Source: a virus (Duplodnaviria; Caudoviricetes). Taken from it: a stretch of DNA of 39,216 nt. Of this stretch, positions 27,379 through 36,497 are shown in pieces. Location of the stretch: positions 1-39,216 of the IMG/VR virus record IMGVR_UViG_3300032212_000062; one strand, given 5' to 3'. A program made the translations under genes and the position numbers. The notes below the pieces were generated by a model, which saw only the letters and a list, made by a program, of their open reading frames with translations, ran no database searches and was not told where the DNA came from. Each line of letters opens with the position of its first letter. The first letter of the stretch is position 1.

Positions 27379-27667
27379 TATATAATATCTGTATATTGAA
27401 ACTTCCTACGGCTACCCTAACTACCTGTTTTCTACCGATAATTCTACTGGGAAAACCTATAGAAATCAAGGACTTAGGAGCGTTTTTAGGTAAAAGTAGA
27501 TAAAGAGTGTTCGCGGGGGTGTGGGAATAAGAGGGGGTCAGACAGCTACCCTTAAGCTATAATCTATCCTAAGTTACTAATTTATATAGTATTTATTAGT
27601 AGTTATTAAGGTAGATAGAAGGAAGTTTGTAGAAGTCCAAAACTACCAAAAAAGGGTATAAAACATT
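27379..27667. other. Non-coding region with CTAC(C)/(G)GTAG repeats, candidate replication origin
   Basis: Five CTAC units within 27405-27448, GCTACCCT at 27411 and 27545, inverted copies further right, and an AT-rich tract at about 27570-27608; directly downstream of the primase-helicase operon. Confidence 0.4.
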
Positions 27668-28048
27668 ATGGATATTGAGATATATTTACCGTGGCCACCT
27701 ACGGTCAATGATTATTATGGGACACGTGTTGTTAAGAAACGACAAATAAGATACATAAAAGCAAAAGGACGGAAATTCAGGGAGGACATTGAGGCTGCAG
27801 TAGCGGAACAAGTTGGCTACCTGCATCTGGATGACCGGCTGTTTGTGGAGGTGGAGTTGTTTCCGCCAGACGATAGGAGACGTGATGTGGACAACTACAT
27901 GAAAGCCCTATTGGATGCAATGACACAAGCTAAGATTTGGGAAGATGATTCCCAGATAGATCAGTTGTTCATATACCGAGGTGTCAAATGCCGTGGAGGC
28001 AAAGTGGTGGTCAAGATTGGAATGGCTGGTCCTGTTCTCCAGACATGA
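27668..28048 (+). CDS. rusA: RusA-family Holliday junction resolvase
   Basis: LPWPPTVN.YY and PPD.RRRDVDN..KALLDA......W.DDSQI motifs. Confidence 0.92.
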   Translation: MDIEIYLPWPPTVNDYYGTRVVKKRQIRYIKAKGRKFREDIEAAVAEQVGYLHLDDRLFVEVELFPPDDRRRDVDNYMKALLDAMTQAKIWEDDSQIDQLFIYRGVKCRGGKVVVKIGMAGPVLQT

Positions 28049-28071
28049 GAAAGCCGGTCATATAGACCGGC
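28047..28071. terminator. Hairpin terminator between convergent genes
   Basis: GCCGGTC-ATATA-GACCGGC at 28053-28071, followed on the minus strand by TTTCTC. Confidence 0.55.
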
Positions 28072-28089
28072 CTCCAGTTAGATTAGTGG

Positions 28090-28461
28090 TTATTGCTTAG
28101 CAGCCCAGATAGCATTAGTCAATAGAGCCTCATTCTGGTAGATAGATTCATGACGCTTGGTATTTGCCGAGCCATGCTCCTCAATGAAGCTGCCAACCTC
28201 AGCGGGAGTCTTGGTACCTTCTAATAGGAAGGCATGGAACATAGCGGTAAACCCAACCCGCTTTACAGCTTGGCCAGTCTCCTTAAGATATAAAGAGAAT
28301 ACAGAACCCGCTTTGTTAAAGCTCAGCTGGTGCTTACTAACCAGACCAACCTTAATTAGATCCACCTCAACCCCATTTGCTAAAGATGACTCTATATAGT
28401 CAAAGATAGGTGCTGGGATAGTAGATTGAGAAACCTTATTTGCTTTAGTAGATTTAGACAT
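28090..28461 (-). CDS. Hypothetical protein (123 aa), stand-alone gene; paralogue of 17491-18099
   Basis: AGGAAG RBS; upstream TTTACT-16-TATATT (28544-28517); shares the R.G.T..FH..L...IE..G..NTKRH.S.YQ motif. Confidence 0.8.
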   Translation of the reverse strand: MSKSTKANKVSQSTIPAPIFDYIESSLANGVEVDLIKVGLVSKHQLSFNKAGSVFSLYLKETGQAVKRVGFTAMFHAFLLEGTKTPAEVGSFIEEHGSANTKRHESIYQNEALLTNAIWAAKQ

Positions 28462-28822
28462 AATATATACTTCCTATAAAAGTAAGAGGTAAACGGTATT
28501 GCTTACCATGTATACTAATATACTCCATCCTCCAAATAAGTAAAGTACTATCTTCAACTACTGGACGAACGGTAGAGTATAAGGTAAGCTAATGCACCTA
28601 TAAGTAACCCTATCCCAGAGACCCATTGGAGCCAAGGCATAAGCAGAACTAATCCATCCATAACGGGACTCTATTAGCGGAATAGAAGCGACACTGGGGA
28701 GGGGGGGGTAATGACAAACGCACCGGCCCAGCATATGTATGTATAGCTCACGCTAAAACCCATAAAAAAATTTTTTCAAAAATTTTCAAACCCTATATTT
28801 CAAATTGCAAAAAGTTTAGAAC

Positions 28823-28870
28823 GGGGGTATAGAAATATCGCTTTACTTTACTGTTGAAGTACGTTATAGT
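28823..28870 (+). promoter_or_regulatory. Putative late-operon promoter
   Basis: TTTACT (28842-28847), 17-bp spacer, TATAGT (28865-28870), preceded by a GGGGGTATAGA box. Confidence 0.6.
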
Positions 28871-28891
28871 CGGTTAAACAGTACAGGATTT

Positions 28892-29302
28892 ATGACAATG
28901 GCTAGAGATGTATTCTATAATGGGTTTGAACCAACAACACTGATTACTGAAACAGTACTTGGTGAAGTTGAAGAATTTGCCCGTGGTATGGAGCTTTCTG
29001 AGATTGTTGACTACTTTGGTTTTGAGCTTGCTGAAGAGCCTGTTATACATGATGGTGAAATAGTATCAGAAGCCGTTGCTGGTGACCTCACTGAAGCGGA
29101 AATCAAGTGGTTGAATAAAGCATTCAAACGTGGAAGAGCAGCTGCAAAAAAGAGTGCAGTAGATAACTTGTTTGCTTCCATGAAAGACCGTAATGGGCAA
29201 AATGCCTCTTTGCCTTATCTGCGTAGATTTGCAGATGAATGGCCTGGAGATGACAATGTTAAAGAAGGTGACCTTCTTGTATTTAAAGCGAGTTTCAAAT
29301 AA
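28892..29302 (+). CDS. Probable terminase small subunit
   Basis: First gene of the packaging operon; HTH-like A.G....EI..YFG segment followed by AFKRGRA.AK...V..LF. Confidence 0.55.
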   Translation: MTMARDVFYNGFEPTTLITETVLGEVEEFARGMELSEIVDYFGFELAEEPVIHDGEIVSEAVAGDLTEAEIKWLNKAFKRGRAAAKKSAVDNLFASMKDRNGQNASLPYLRRFADEWPGDDNVKEGDLLVFKASFK

Positions 29303-29958
29303 TGGCTAATGAAAACGGGATTGGACAGCTTCTAGCTGACGGAGTAACTGGTGGTGCTAAGAATGCCGGTGAAGCCTATAGCAATATGATGAAGATGACA
29401 TCTGACTTCTTTGAATTGTCTCCTGAGCTTGCTCAAGCAGATTATGAAGAAAAGAAACGTCAGATTGGTCGTATCCAGGAACGTATGCAGTCTGGGCAAA
29501 GCAGCCCTCAAGATCAAAAGACGCTTGAATGGATACAAGGAAAAGTTCAGCAATATGAGCAAAAAATGCAACGTCAGGAAAGTGGCGCTGCTATACCTCA
29601 GCAAGAAGCTGGCTTTGACCCTATGGGAATGGCTAAGCAACTTAAAGGTAATGTTCAAGGTCTTGTTGGCCAAGGCAAGTATCAGTTTGGTCAAATGATC
29701 AATGGTGCAAAAGAAATGCTTCCTTCCGCTGAAGATATTAACCGTTCTTATGAAACAAATAAAGGTATGGCCAAAGGGTATGGCTATGAGATGATGCAGG
29801 GTGCTGGTGAAGTAGCTGATGAAGCTTCTATGCAAGGTGCTGAGATGTATCGTGATGCATCTGATAAAGTCAATCAGGCATATGGTGAAGCTAAAACTCG
29901 GATAATTCCTGAGCAGCAGCGAAAGTTCCAAGAGTGGATGAAACGGTTCAATAAATAA
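29302..29958 (+). CDS. Hypothetical Q/M/G-rich helical protein between TerS and TerL
   Basis: TAATG coupling on both sides; no recognisable motif. Confidence 0.75.
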   Translation: MANENGIGQLLADGVTGGAKNAGEAYSNMMKMTSDFFELSPELAQADYEEKKRQIGRIQERMQSGQSSPQDQKTLEWIQGKVQQYEQKMQRQESGAAIPQQEAGFDPMGMAKQLKGNVQGLVGQGKYQFGQMINGAKEMLPSAEDINRSYETNKGMAKGYGYEMMQGAGEVADEASMQGAEMYRDASDKVNQAYGEAKTRIIPEQQRKFQEWMKRFNK

Positions 29959-31355
29959 TGGCTGAAGTTAATTACATTGCATCTCCAACCCTTAAGCATT
30001 TCCATGAAGATGATAATTTTGTTCGTGGTATCATGGGACCAATTGGTAGCGGAAAGTCTGTTGCTTGTTGCTGGGAGATTATGTTAAAGGCATTAGCTCA
30101 AAAGCCTTGGGTTGATGGTGTTAGAAGAAGCAGATGGGTTGTCATACGTAATACATATCGTGAGCTTATAGATACAACAATGCTTACCTTCTTTGATTGG
30201 TTCCCTAGAGAAATGGGTGATTACAAAGCTGGTGATATGAAGTGGACTTTATTCAGAAAGCTTGAAGATGGCACTTCTGTTTATTTGGAAGTTATGTTTC
30301 GTGCTTTGGATAAGCCTGATGATATTAAAAAGCTGTTATCATTAGAGTTGACTGGGGGTTGGTTAAATGAGGCACGGGAAATACCAAAAGCTGTTATGGA
30401 TATGCTTGTGGGTCGTCTTGGTCGCTACCCTAGTAAACGTCTTGGTGGCCCATCGTGGTTCGGTTGCATTGCTGACACCAACCCACCAGATAATGATCAT
30501 TGGTGGTATGGATTATTTGAAGAGAATTGTCCTGAAAACCATTCACTATACACACAACCAAGTGGGAAGAGTGCAGAGGCAGAGAACTTAGAAAATTTGC
30601 CACCTAAGTATTATGATAATATGCAGGCTGGCAAAGACCCTCAATGGATTGATGTTTATGTCCATGGTAAATATGGATTCATTACTAATGGACGTCCAAT
30701 TTATCCTGAGTATAATGATGATATTCATTCAACGCTTAATCCTATTACTATTGTTGAGCATGCTAATCATTATATTGGCATTGACTTTGGTCGTACTCCT
30801 TCTGCCATCTTCATGCAAGAAGTTAATGGAATATACCAGGTCTATGATGAATTAGTTACTGAGGGGATGGGTGCTACTAAATTTGCTCAGTTACTTAAGA
30901 CTAAAATAGCACATGAGTATCCAACTATTGATTATGAGATTTATGGTGACCCTGCTGGAGAACATGCCACAGAGGTTAGTGATGATACTCCATTCTTGGT
31001 GCTCAATGCAGCGGGAATAAATGCATATCCAGCTTACACAAATGACTTTACTATTAGACGTGAAGCAGTTGTTGGGCCAATGACTCGTTTAAGTATGACT
31101 GGTAAACCTTGTCTTGTGCTTGGTCCAAAAGCTATACAAGTTAGAAAAGGTATGCAAGGTGGTTACAAATATAAACGTCTTCAAGTCAGTGGTGAAGAAC
31201 GTTTCCAAGATAAGCCAGATAAGAATAGATATTCACATCCTTGTGAAGCATTGCAATATGGAATGTTAGGAACAGGTGAAGGTGGTCGTGTTATTGGTGC
31301 TGATTCTTGGGATAACACCATTGACTATAGCAAATTGAATAAGGCAGTAATTTAA
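29958..31355 (+). CDS. terL: Terminase large subunit
   Basis: Walker A GPIGSGKS, Walker B WLNEARE, DTNPP, and nuclease motifs GIDFG, GDPAG, SHPCEALQY. Confidence 0.93.
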   Translation: MAEVNYIASPTLKHFHEDDNFVRGIMGPIGSGKSVACCWEIMLKALAQKPWVDGVRRSRWVVIRNTYRELIDTTMLTFFDWFPREMGDYKAGDMKWTLFRKLEDGTSVYLEVMFRALDKPDDIKKLLSLELTGGWLNEAREIPKAVMDMLVGRLGRYPSKRLGGPSWFGCIADTNPPDNDHWWYGLFEENCPENHSLYTQPSGKSAEAENLENLPPKYYDNMQAGKDPQWIDVYVHGKYGFITNGRPIYPEYNDDIHSTLNPITIVEHANHYIGIDFGRTPSAIFMQEVNGIYQVYDELVTEGMGATKFAQLLKTKIAHEYPTIDYEIYGDPAGEHATEVSDDTPFLVLNAAGINAYPAYTNDFTIRREAVVGPMTRLSMTGKPCLVLGPKAIQVRKGMQGGYKYKRLQVSGEERFQDKPDKNRYSHPCEALQYGMLGTGEGGRVIGADSWDNTIDYSKLNKAVI

Positions 31356-33412
31356 TGCAAGATCAAGTTGAGCATGATCCAAGCTATTTTGATGACGATG
31401 ATGCTGATGATACATCAGTTGTTGAACATGAGTTTATGTCTGATGAAGATGTCCTTAAAATAGCACAACGTGAAGTTGAATTATCTGATTCATATGCAAT
31501 ATCTGAGCTTTCTAGTGATCGTGAGAAAGCAATGAATTACTATTTTGGTCGCCCACGTGGTGATGAGACTGAAGGTAACTCTGAGCAGCAGTCTATGGAT
31601 GTTGCAGACATGGTGGAAGCAACATTAGCGGAAATTATGCCTTTATTTTCACATCATCGCATTGCTAAATTTACTGCAGATAATGGTGGTGATGTAGATC
31701 AAGCTCAAATTGAATCAAATTACTGTAATTATGTCTTCATGGAAGAAAATGAAGGATATACTACATTATACACTTCAATAAAAGATGCACTTTTGCAAAA
31801 GAATGGTATTGTTGAGATATATGTTGATGAACATGTGCAAGTTGAATATGATGATTACAGCAATTTGACTGTTTTTGATTTAGCAGCTTTACTTGAAACT
31901 GAAAAAGGTATTAAGAAGGTAGTTTCAAAGTATGAAGAAAATGAAGATGGTACAAATGATATCACTTTGAAGACTATGCGAAAAATTAAGAAGCTTGTTG
32001 TTGAGCCTGTTGAGCCTGAAAACTTCTTATTTGCAATTAGCCATAGATCAACTAATGCAAAGACAATTAGATTCTGTGGCAGACGAATTATTACAAGCAA
32101 AAGTGATCTTATTGCACAAGGTCATGATGATGAACAAGTTATGGCATTAGCTCCATATGATGGTAGCACAAGTGATGAGTCATATTCACGTAATCAAACA
32201 AATTCAGAGAATGAATTCCAGACTAGTTCTGATGAGACTGAATTAGTTGAAGTTTTCCGCTGTTATGTCAAGATGGATTATGATAAAGATGGTATTGCAG
32301 AGCTTCATCAGGTTATATACTCTGGTGATCAGTTGCTAGATATAACATTTGCTAAATTTGTTCCTTTTGCATCTGGCTCTCCATTCCTTATGTCTCATCG
32401 CTTCCTTGGCATGTCATTATTTGACAAGCTGAAGGGTGTGCAAGATCAAAAGACTGCTTTCATTCGTCAGTATATCAATAACTCTATGCAGATGAATAAT
32501 AGACGTCTTGAAGTTCTTGATGGTCAGGTTAACATGGAGGATGTACTTAATTCTCGTGCTGGTGGAGCAATACGTGCTAAAGTAAAGGGTGCTGTTACTT
32601 CTATTCCTGTTGATGATATTGGTCCATCTTGCATAATGGCTCTTGATTATCTTGATAAGGTTAGATCAGAGCGTGGTGGTGCTAGTCTTGATATGCAAAC
32701 TAGTGAGATCAATATTGGTGCCAATGTAGGCTCTCAAGGTGTTGAGCGTCAGTACACTTCAAAAGAGAAGATGGCTGCCTTGATGACGCGGACATTAGCA
32801 GAAACATTGATAAAACAAATTTATGTTATTATCCATGCAACTTTACGTGAATCTTTTGATGAAGAATATCCTGTGCAAGTTAATAGTGAGTGGAAGGCAA
32901 CTAGGCCAACTACATGGATGAAAAGAGAAACTGTTAAGATTGATATAGGTATGTCTGCAGGTGAACGTGATAAAAAGGTTGGTGTTTTATCTAATGTTCT
33001 TGATCTTCAAATAAAAGCTATGGAAATGGATGCTGAAGACATTCTTACAAATCGTAAAAAGATACACAATACTGTTACTGACATACTTGATGCAGCTGGT
33101 GTTGATAATCCTGAAAGATATTGGATTGACCCTGATAGTCCTCAGGCACAATCTGCATTGAAGAGTAAACAGGAATCTCAAGCTGCAGCTGGTGAAGAAG
33201 AAAAGGCTATGCAGACTAAGATATTTGAATATCAGAAGTCTATTGAAGATAGCAAAGATCAAGTTAGTGTTCTTCGTGAAGAGAATAAGAAGTTACTTCA
33301 AAAGGATAAAGATATACAGGAATTATTTAAGCATAATGATGAAATGCGTTACAAGTACACCGAGCTTGAATTAAAATATGAAAAAGATATTCCAGGTGAG
33401 GGCGTAGAATAA
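31355..33412 (+). CDS. Portal protein (P22/SU10-like)
   Basis: 685 aa after TerL; R.KA..YY.G, S.DV.D.VE, DALLQKNG.V and DYD.DGIAE motifs; C-terminal coiled coil. Confidence 0.9.
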   Translation: MQDQVEHDPSYFDDDDADDTSVVEHEFMSDEDVLKIAQREVELSDSYAISELSSDREKAMNYYFGRPRGDETEGNSEQQSMDVADMVEATLAEIMPLFSHHRIAKFTADNGGDVDQAQIESNYCNYVFMEENEGYTTLYTSIKDALLQKNGIVEIYVDEHVQVEYDDYSNLTVFDLAALLETEKGIKKVVSKYEENEDGTNDITLKTMRKIKKLVVEPVEPENFLFAISHRSTNAKTIRFCGRRIITSKSDLIAQGHDDEQVMALAPYDGSTSDESYSRNQTNSENEFQTSSDETELVEVFRCYVKMDYDKDGIAELHQVIYSGDQLLDITFAKFVPFASGSPFLMSHRFLGMSLFDKLKGVQDQKTAFIRQYINNSMQMNNRRLEVLDGQVNMEDVLNSRAGGAIRAKVKGAVTSIPVDDIGPSCIMALDYLDKVRSERGGASLDMQTSEINIGANVGSQGVERQYTSKEKMAALMTRTLAETLIKQIYVIIHATLRESFDEEYPVQVNSEWKATRPTTWMKRETVKIDIGMSAGERDKKVGVLSNVLDLQIKAMEMDAEDILTNRKKIHNTVTDILDAAGVDNPERYWIDPDSPQAQSALKSKQESQAAAGEEEKAMQTKIFEYQKSIEDSKDQVSVLREENKKLLQKDKDIQELFKHNDEMRYKYTELELKYEKDIPGEGVE

Positions 33413-33660
33413 TGTCTAATCAGAATACTATAATTCCAGAACAAATTGAAAGAATATTAGAAATACCTGCATTCGGTGATTCAATTGAGTTGATGAAATG
33501 GGAGCAGTTTACTAAATGGCTTGGATCAAAGAGCACTGAAGAGCGGGAGACCATTCACGCAGAGCTTTCTGGCATTTTGCTAGTCCAATCCAAATTTGAA
33601 AGTATTGTTGCAAATGCAGCATACGATAAAGAGATGAAACGTCAGGAGACTGAAAAATGA
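33412..33660 (+). CDS. Small head-assembly-region protein
   Basis: 82 aa between portal and scaffold with a W..S...EERE motif; coupled at both ends. Confidence 0.7.
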   Translation: MSNQNTIIPEQIERILEIPAFGDSIELMKWEQFTKWLGSKSTEERETIHAELSGILLVQSKFESIVANAAYDKEMKRQETEK

Positions 33661-34736
33661 TTACACAGGCAGCTGCTAGTGGAGACATGTTAGCACAAGT
33701 AAATGAAGTCCTTAATTTAGATGAGCCATCAGAGATTGATGACGAGCATGATGAAGGAGTTGATGATAACGACATTGACATAAACAACTCAGGTGAAGCT
33801 GATTCACATGATGATGAGAGTCATGATGATGATGAAGGTGAATCAGGGGATGATGATGAAGATTCAGATGAAGATGATGACTCTGGTGAAGATGAAGGTG
33901 AAGATGAAGATGGAGATATAGAGAGTATATCACAGCTTGCTAAGCATCTTGATGCAGAAGAAGGTCAAATCTATTCATTGGAAGTTCCAATGGGTGATGG
34001 CCTTGAGCCAGTATCTATCTCTGCTCTTAAAGATTCATACATGTCACGTGAACGTGATCAGAAACAATTTGCAGACGATAAAGCCAATTTTGAAAGTGTT
34101 GTTCGTGAACAACAAAGTCAATGGGCTGCGAACCAGAATTTGCCTGAATTGAATAACCAGGTTCTATCTGCTGCAACTACTGTTCGTGCTATTGAACAGG
34201 CTGATGAAAATTTTGATTGGGAAGCACTTGAGCAGTCAGACCCAACTCAGGCAATTTTACAACGTCAAAAGTTAAATGATGCTTTGCAAATGGCTCGTGA
34301 TGAGCATGCAAAAGCAGTTGACGGTGTGAAGGGCCAACAGGCGCAAGCATTTATGAATATGAAAGCATTTGAGCGTATGAAAACTTTGGAAGTAATTCCA
34401 GAGTGGTCTGATCCATCTGCTTATCAAAAAGATGCTGATCGCATGGGGCCATTGTTGGCTGAGTATGGTTTTTCTGCTGATGAAGTGCAGAATGTATATG
34501 ATCATCGTTTAACAAAAGTTATCCGTGATTTTATGTTGCTTAAAGATAAAGCTAATGGTGGCGAATTGCTCAAGAAGAAGCTACGTGTCAACAAGAAAAA
34601 GCTAACAAGCAAAAATTCCCAATCTGTTAAAGTTGGCAAGTCAGTAGCACTCAAAAAGAAAATAAACTTAGCAGCAAATAGCAAAGATGATCGTGTCAAA
34701 GCTAATGCTGTCTCTGATCTATTAAATAATATTTGA
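33657..34736 (+). CDS. Capsid scaffolding protein
   Basis: Very acidic N-terminal tract, DW..L...DP, IPEW and GFS..E...V.DHR motifs, basic C-terminus; immediately before the major capsid gene. Confidence 0.85.
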   Translation: MITQAAASGDMLAQVNEVLNLDEPSEIDDEHDEGVDDNDIDINNSGEADSHDDESHDDDEGESGDDDEDSDEDDDSGEDEGEDEDGDIESISQLAKHLDAEEGQIYSLEVPMGDGLEPVSISALKDSYMSRERDQKQFADDKANFESVVREQQSQWAANQNLPELNNQVLSAATTVRAIEQADENFDWEALEQSDPTQAILQRQKLNDALQMARDEHAKAVDGVKGQQAQAFMNMKAFERMKTLEVIPEWSDPSAYQKDADRMGPLLAEYGFSADEVQNVYDHRLTKVIRDFMLLKDKANGGELLKKKLRVNKKKLTSKNSQSVKVGKSVALKKKINLAANSKDDRVKANAVSDLLNNI

Positions 34737-34746
34737 GGATTTACTA

Positions 34747-35775
34747 ATGGCTTTACAAACAGCTACGGTTTTAAAAGGTGTTGCATCTGGTGGTTTAATT
34801 CACGAAGATGTGATGGATAAAATTTGGGATATTTCAAAAATCCCATTGCCACTAACAGATATGATTGGTACTGATAAAGCAGACAACTCTTACACAGAGT
34901 GGACTACTGATCAGCTTGCTGCTCCTAATACTAGTAATTCTGTACTTGATGGTGCAGATATAACTTCAGATAACAATGCAAACGGCGCTCGTGTTGGTAA
35001 CCATTGTCAAATTTCTGTTAAGTTTGTTACTGTATCTACTCGTGCTGGCAAAGTTAATACAATTGGTCGCTCAAATGAACTTGGCTATCAAGTTATGATG
35101 CGTCAACGTGAGTTAAAGCGTGATGTTGAAGCAATTATGCTTACACAACAAGCTTCTCGTGCTGACAATGGTACACTTACTGGCTTATCTGCTGGTCTTG
35201 GTGCTTGGTTAACTAGTAACACTTATCGTGGTGCTGGTACTGGTGCTGATGGTGGTTTCTCTTCAGGTGTAGTTGCTGCTCCTGTTGCTGGTACTACTCG
35301 TGCATTGACTGAAACACTTGTTCGTAATTGTGTACAGTCTATCTATGAGAACGGTGGTGATCCATCAGTAATGATGTCTATCCCTTCTGTTATCAAGCAG
35401 TTCTCTAGCTACTTGTTTACTTCTTCTGCTCGTGTTGCAACTATGCAATCTGATCAGGGCAAGTCTGCTGAAGCAGCTACTGCACTTGGTGCTGTTAATA
35501 TCTTTGTTACTGACTTTGGTACTTTAGAGTTGATTCCAAATCGTATTATGCAAGCAACAGTTGCTACTACTGGCTCAACAAACTCAGAAGCGTATATTCT
35601 TGACGCTTCTCACTTACGTCAGGCATTTTTGAATGGCTATCAAACTGATGAGATTGCAAAATCTGGTCTTTCTGAAAAGCGTTTGATGCATGCTGATTGG
35701 ACATTGAAAGTTCTCAATGAGCAGTCACAAGGCATTATTGCTGACATTGACTATGAAGCTTCAGTAACATACTAA
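34747..35775 (+). CDS. Major capsid protein (SU10/DUF5309-like, HK97 fold)
   Basis: EDV.D.I..IS...P, EW.TD.L, N.CQIS.K, ELKRDVE and TDFG.L...PNR motifs; GAGG RBS; followed by a strong terminator. Confidence 0.92.
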   Translation: MALQTATVLKGVASGGLIHEDVMDKIWDISKIPLPLTDMIGTDKADNSYTEWTTDQLAAPNTSNSVLDGADITSDNNANGARVGNHCQISVKFVTVSTRAGKVNTIGRSNELGYQVMMRQRELKRDVEAIMLTQQASRADNGTLTGLSAGLGAWLTSNTYRGAGTGADGGFSSGVVAAPVAGTTRALTETLVRNCVQSIYENGGDPSVMMSIPSVIKQFSSYLFTSSARVATMQSDQGKSAEAATALGAVNIFVTDFGTLELIPNRIMQATVATTGSTNSEAYILDASHLRQAFLNGYQTDEIAKSGLSEKRLMHADWTLKVLNEQSQGIIADIDYEASVTY

Positions 35776-35786
35776 GCTGATTATTT

Positions 35787-35812
35787 ATAAAAGCCCTTCG
35801 GGGCTTTTATTT
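35787..35812 (+). terminator. Intrinsic terminator after the major capsid gene
   Basis: ATAAAAGCCC-TTCG-GGGCTTTTAT with a cUUCGg tetraloop and U-tract. Confidence 0.9.
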
Positions 35813-35833
35813 ACAATTACTACTTGGAGACAT

Positions 35834-36148
35834 ATGATGTCTGATACAAAAAGCACTACGAAACCAGAAGCTGCAAAAGTGGCTACTATCACTCCAGTTA
35901 CTAAAACTGAAGCGACAAAAGAAAAAGAAGTTGAAAAAGTTACTGAAACAACGGCAACGCAGGATTCAGAATCTAAAGTGACTGAAGTTGCAGTTAAAGG
36001 CAAAGTTCTTGTCAAGAATATTTTTAAACGTAACATTCACACTAGCATTGGCAAAATATGTGATGGTGAGACTGGTTATGTGCCAATATCAGAAGCGGAA
36101 GCTGAAGCAGCAAAAGCTCCTGAAGATCGTCGGTTCCTGGAAGTTTAA
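35834..36148 (+). CDS. Hypothetical protein with a T/E/K-rich N-terminus
   Basis: GGAG RBS; 104 aa. Confidence 0.7.
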   Translation: MMSDTKSTTKPEAAKVATITPVTKTEATKEKEVEKVTETTATQDSESKVTEVAVKGKVLVKNIFKRNIHTSIGKICDGETGYVPISEAEAEAAKAPEDRRFLEV

Positions 36149-36149
36149 T

Positions 36150-36497
36150 ATGGCATTTGTACAACAGGATAGTGTATTTAAAACAACTATAACTCACCAA
36201 GGGAATGGTGAGGTTGTTACTACACTTGAGCAAAAAGACAGAGGGTTGATCCTTGATCGCAACCAGAAGCTACGTAATAGCCATGGTGTTATGAATGATT
36301 TATCTTTTGGTAGACAGATTGCATCTATACCATTTGAAGATTGGGAGTGGTTCAAAAGAGCTAATCCTGATTATCACAAGGTGTGTAAAGAAGATCGTGA
36401 AAAGATGCTATTCAACTTTTTGAAAAATACGCCTCGTGGACAAGCTTGTATGATTGTTGATGAGAGTCATAAAAAGTATCACACGGTGACAAAATGA
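36150..36497 (+). CDS. Conserved head-region protein (115 aa)
   Basis: ATG 36150 immediately after the upstream stop; IL.RN..LRN...GRQIASIP...W motif. Confidence 0.7.
   Translation: MAFVQQDSVFKTTITHQGNGEVVTTLEQKDRGLILDRNQKLRNSHGVMNDLSFGRQIASIPFEDWEWFKRANPDYHKVCKEDREKMLFNFLKNTPRGQACMIVDESHKKYHTVTK

Noticed and set aside
29332-29931. 199-aa antisense ORF and the many other overlapping ORFs in the track
   Set aside because: They are shadows of coupled, RBS-bearing genes on the other strand or frame and carry no recognisable motifs.
33712-33933. His-rich antisense ORF (HLHLHLHH...)
   Set aside because: It is the reverse complement of the GAT/GAA acidic tract of the scaffold gene.
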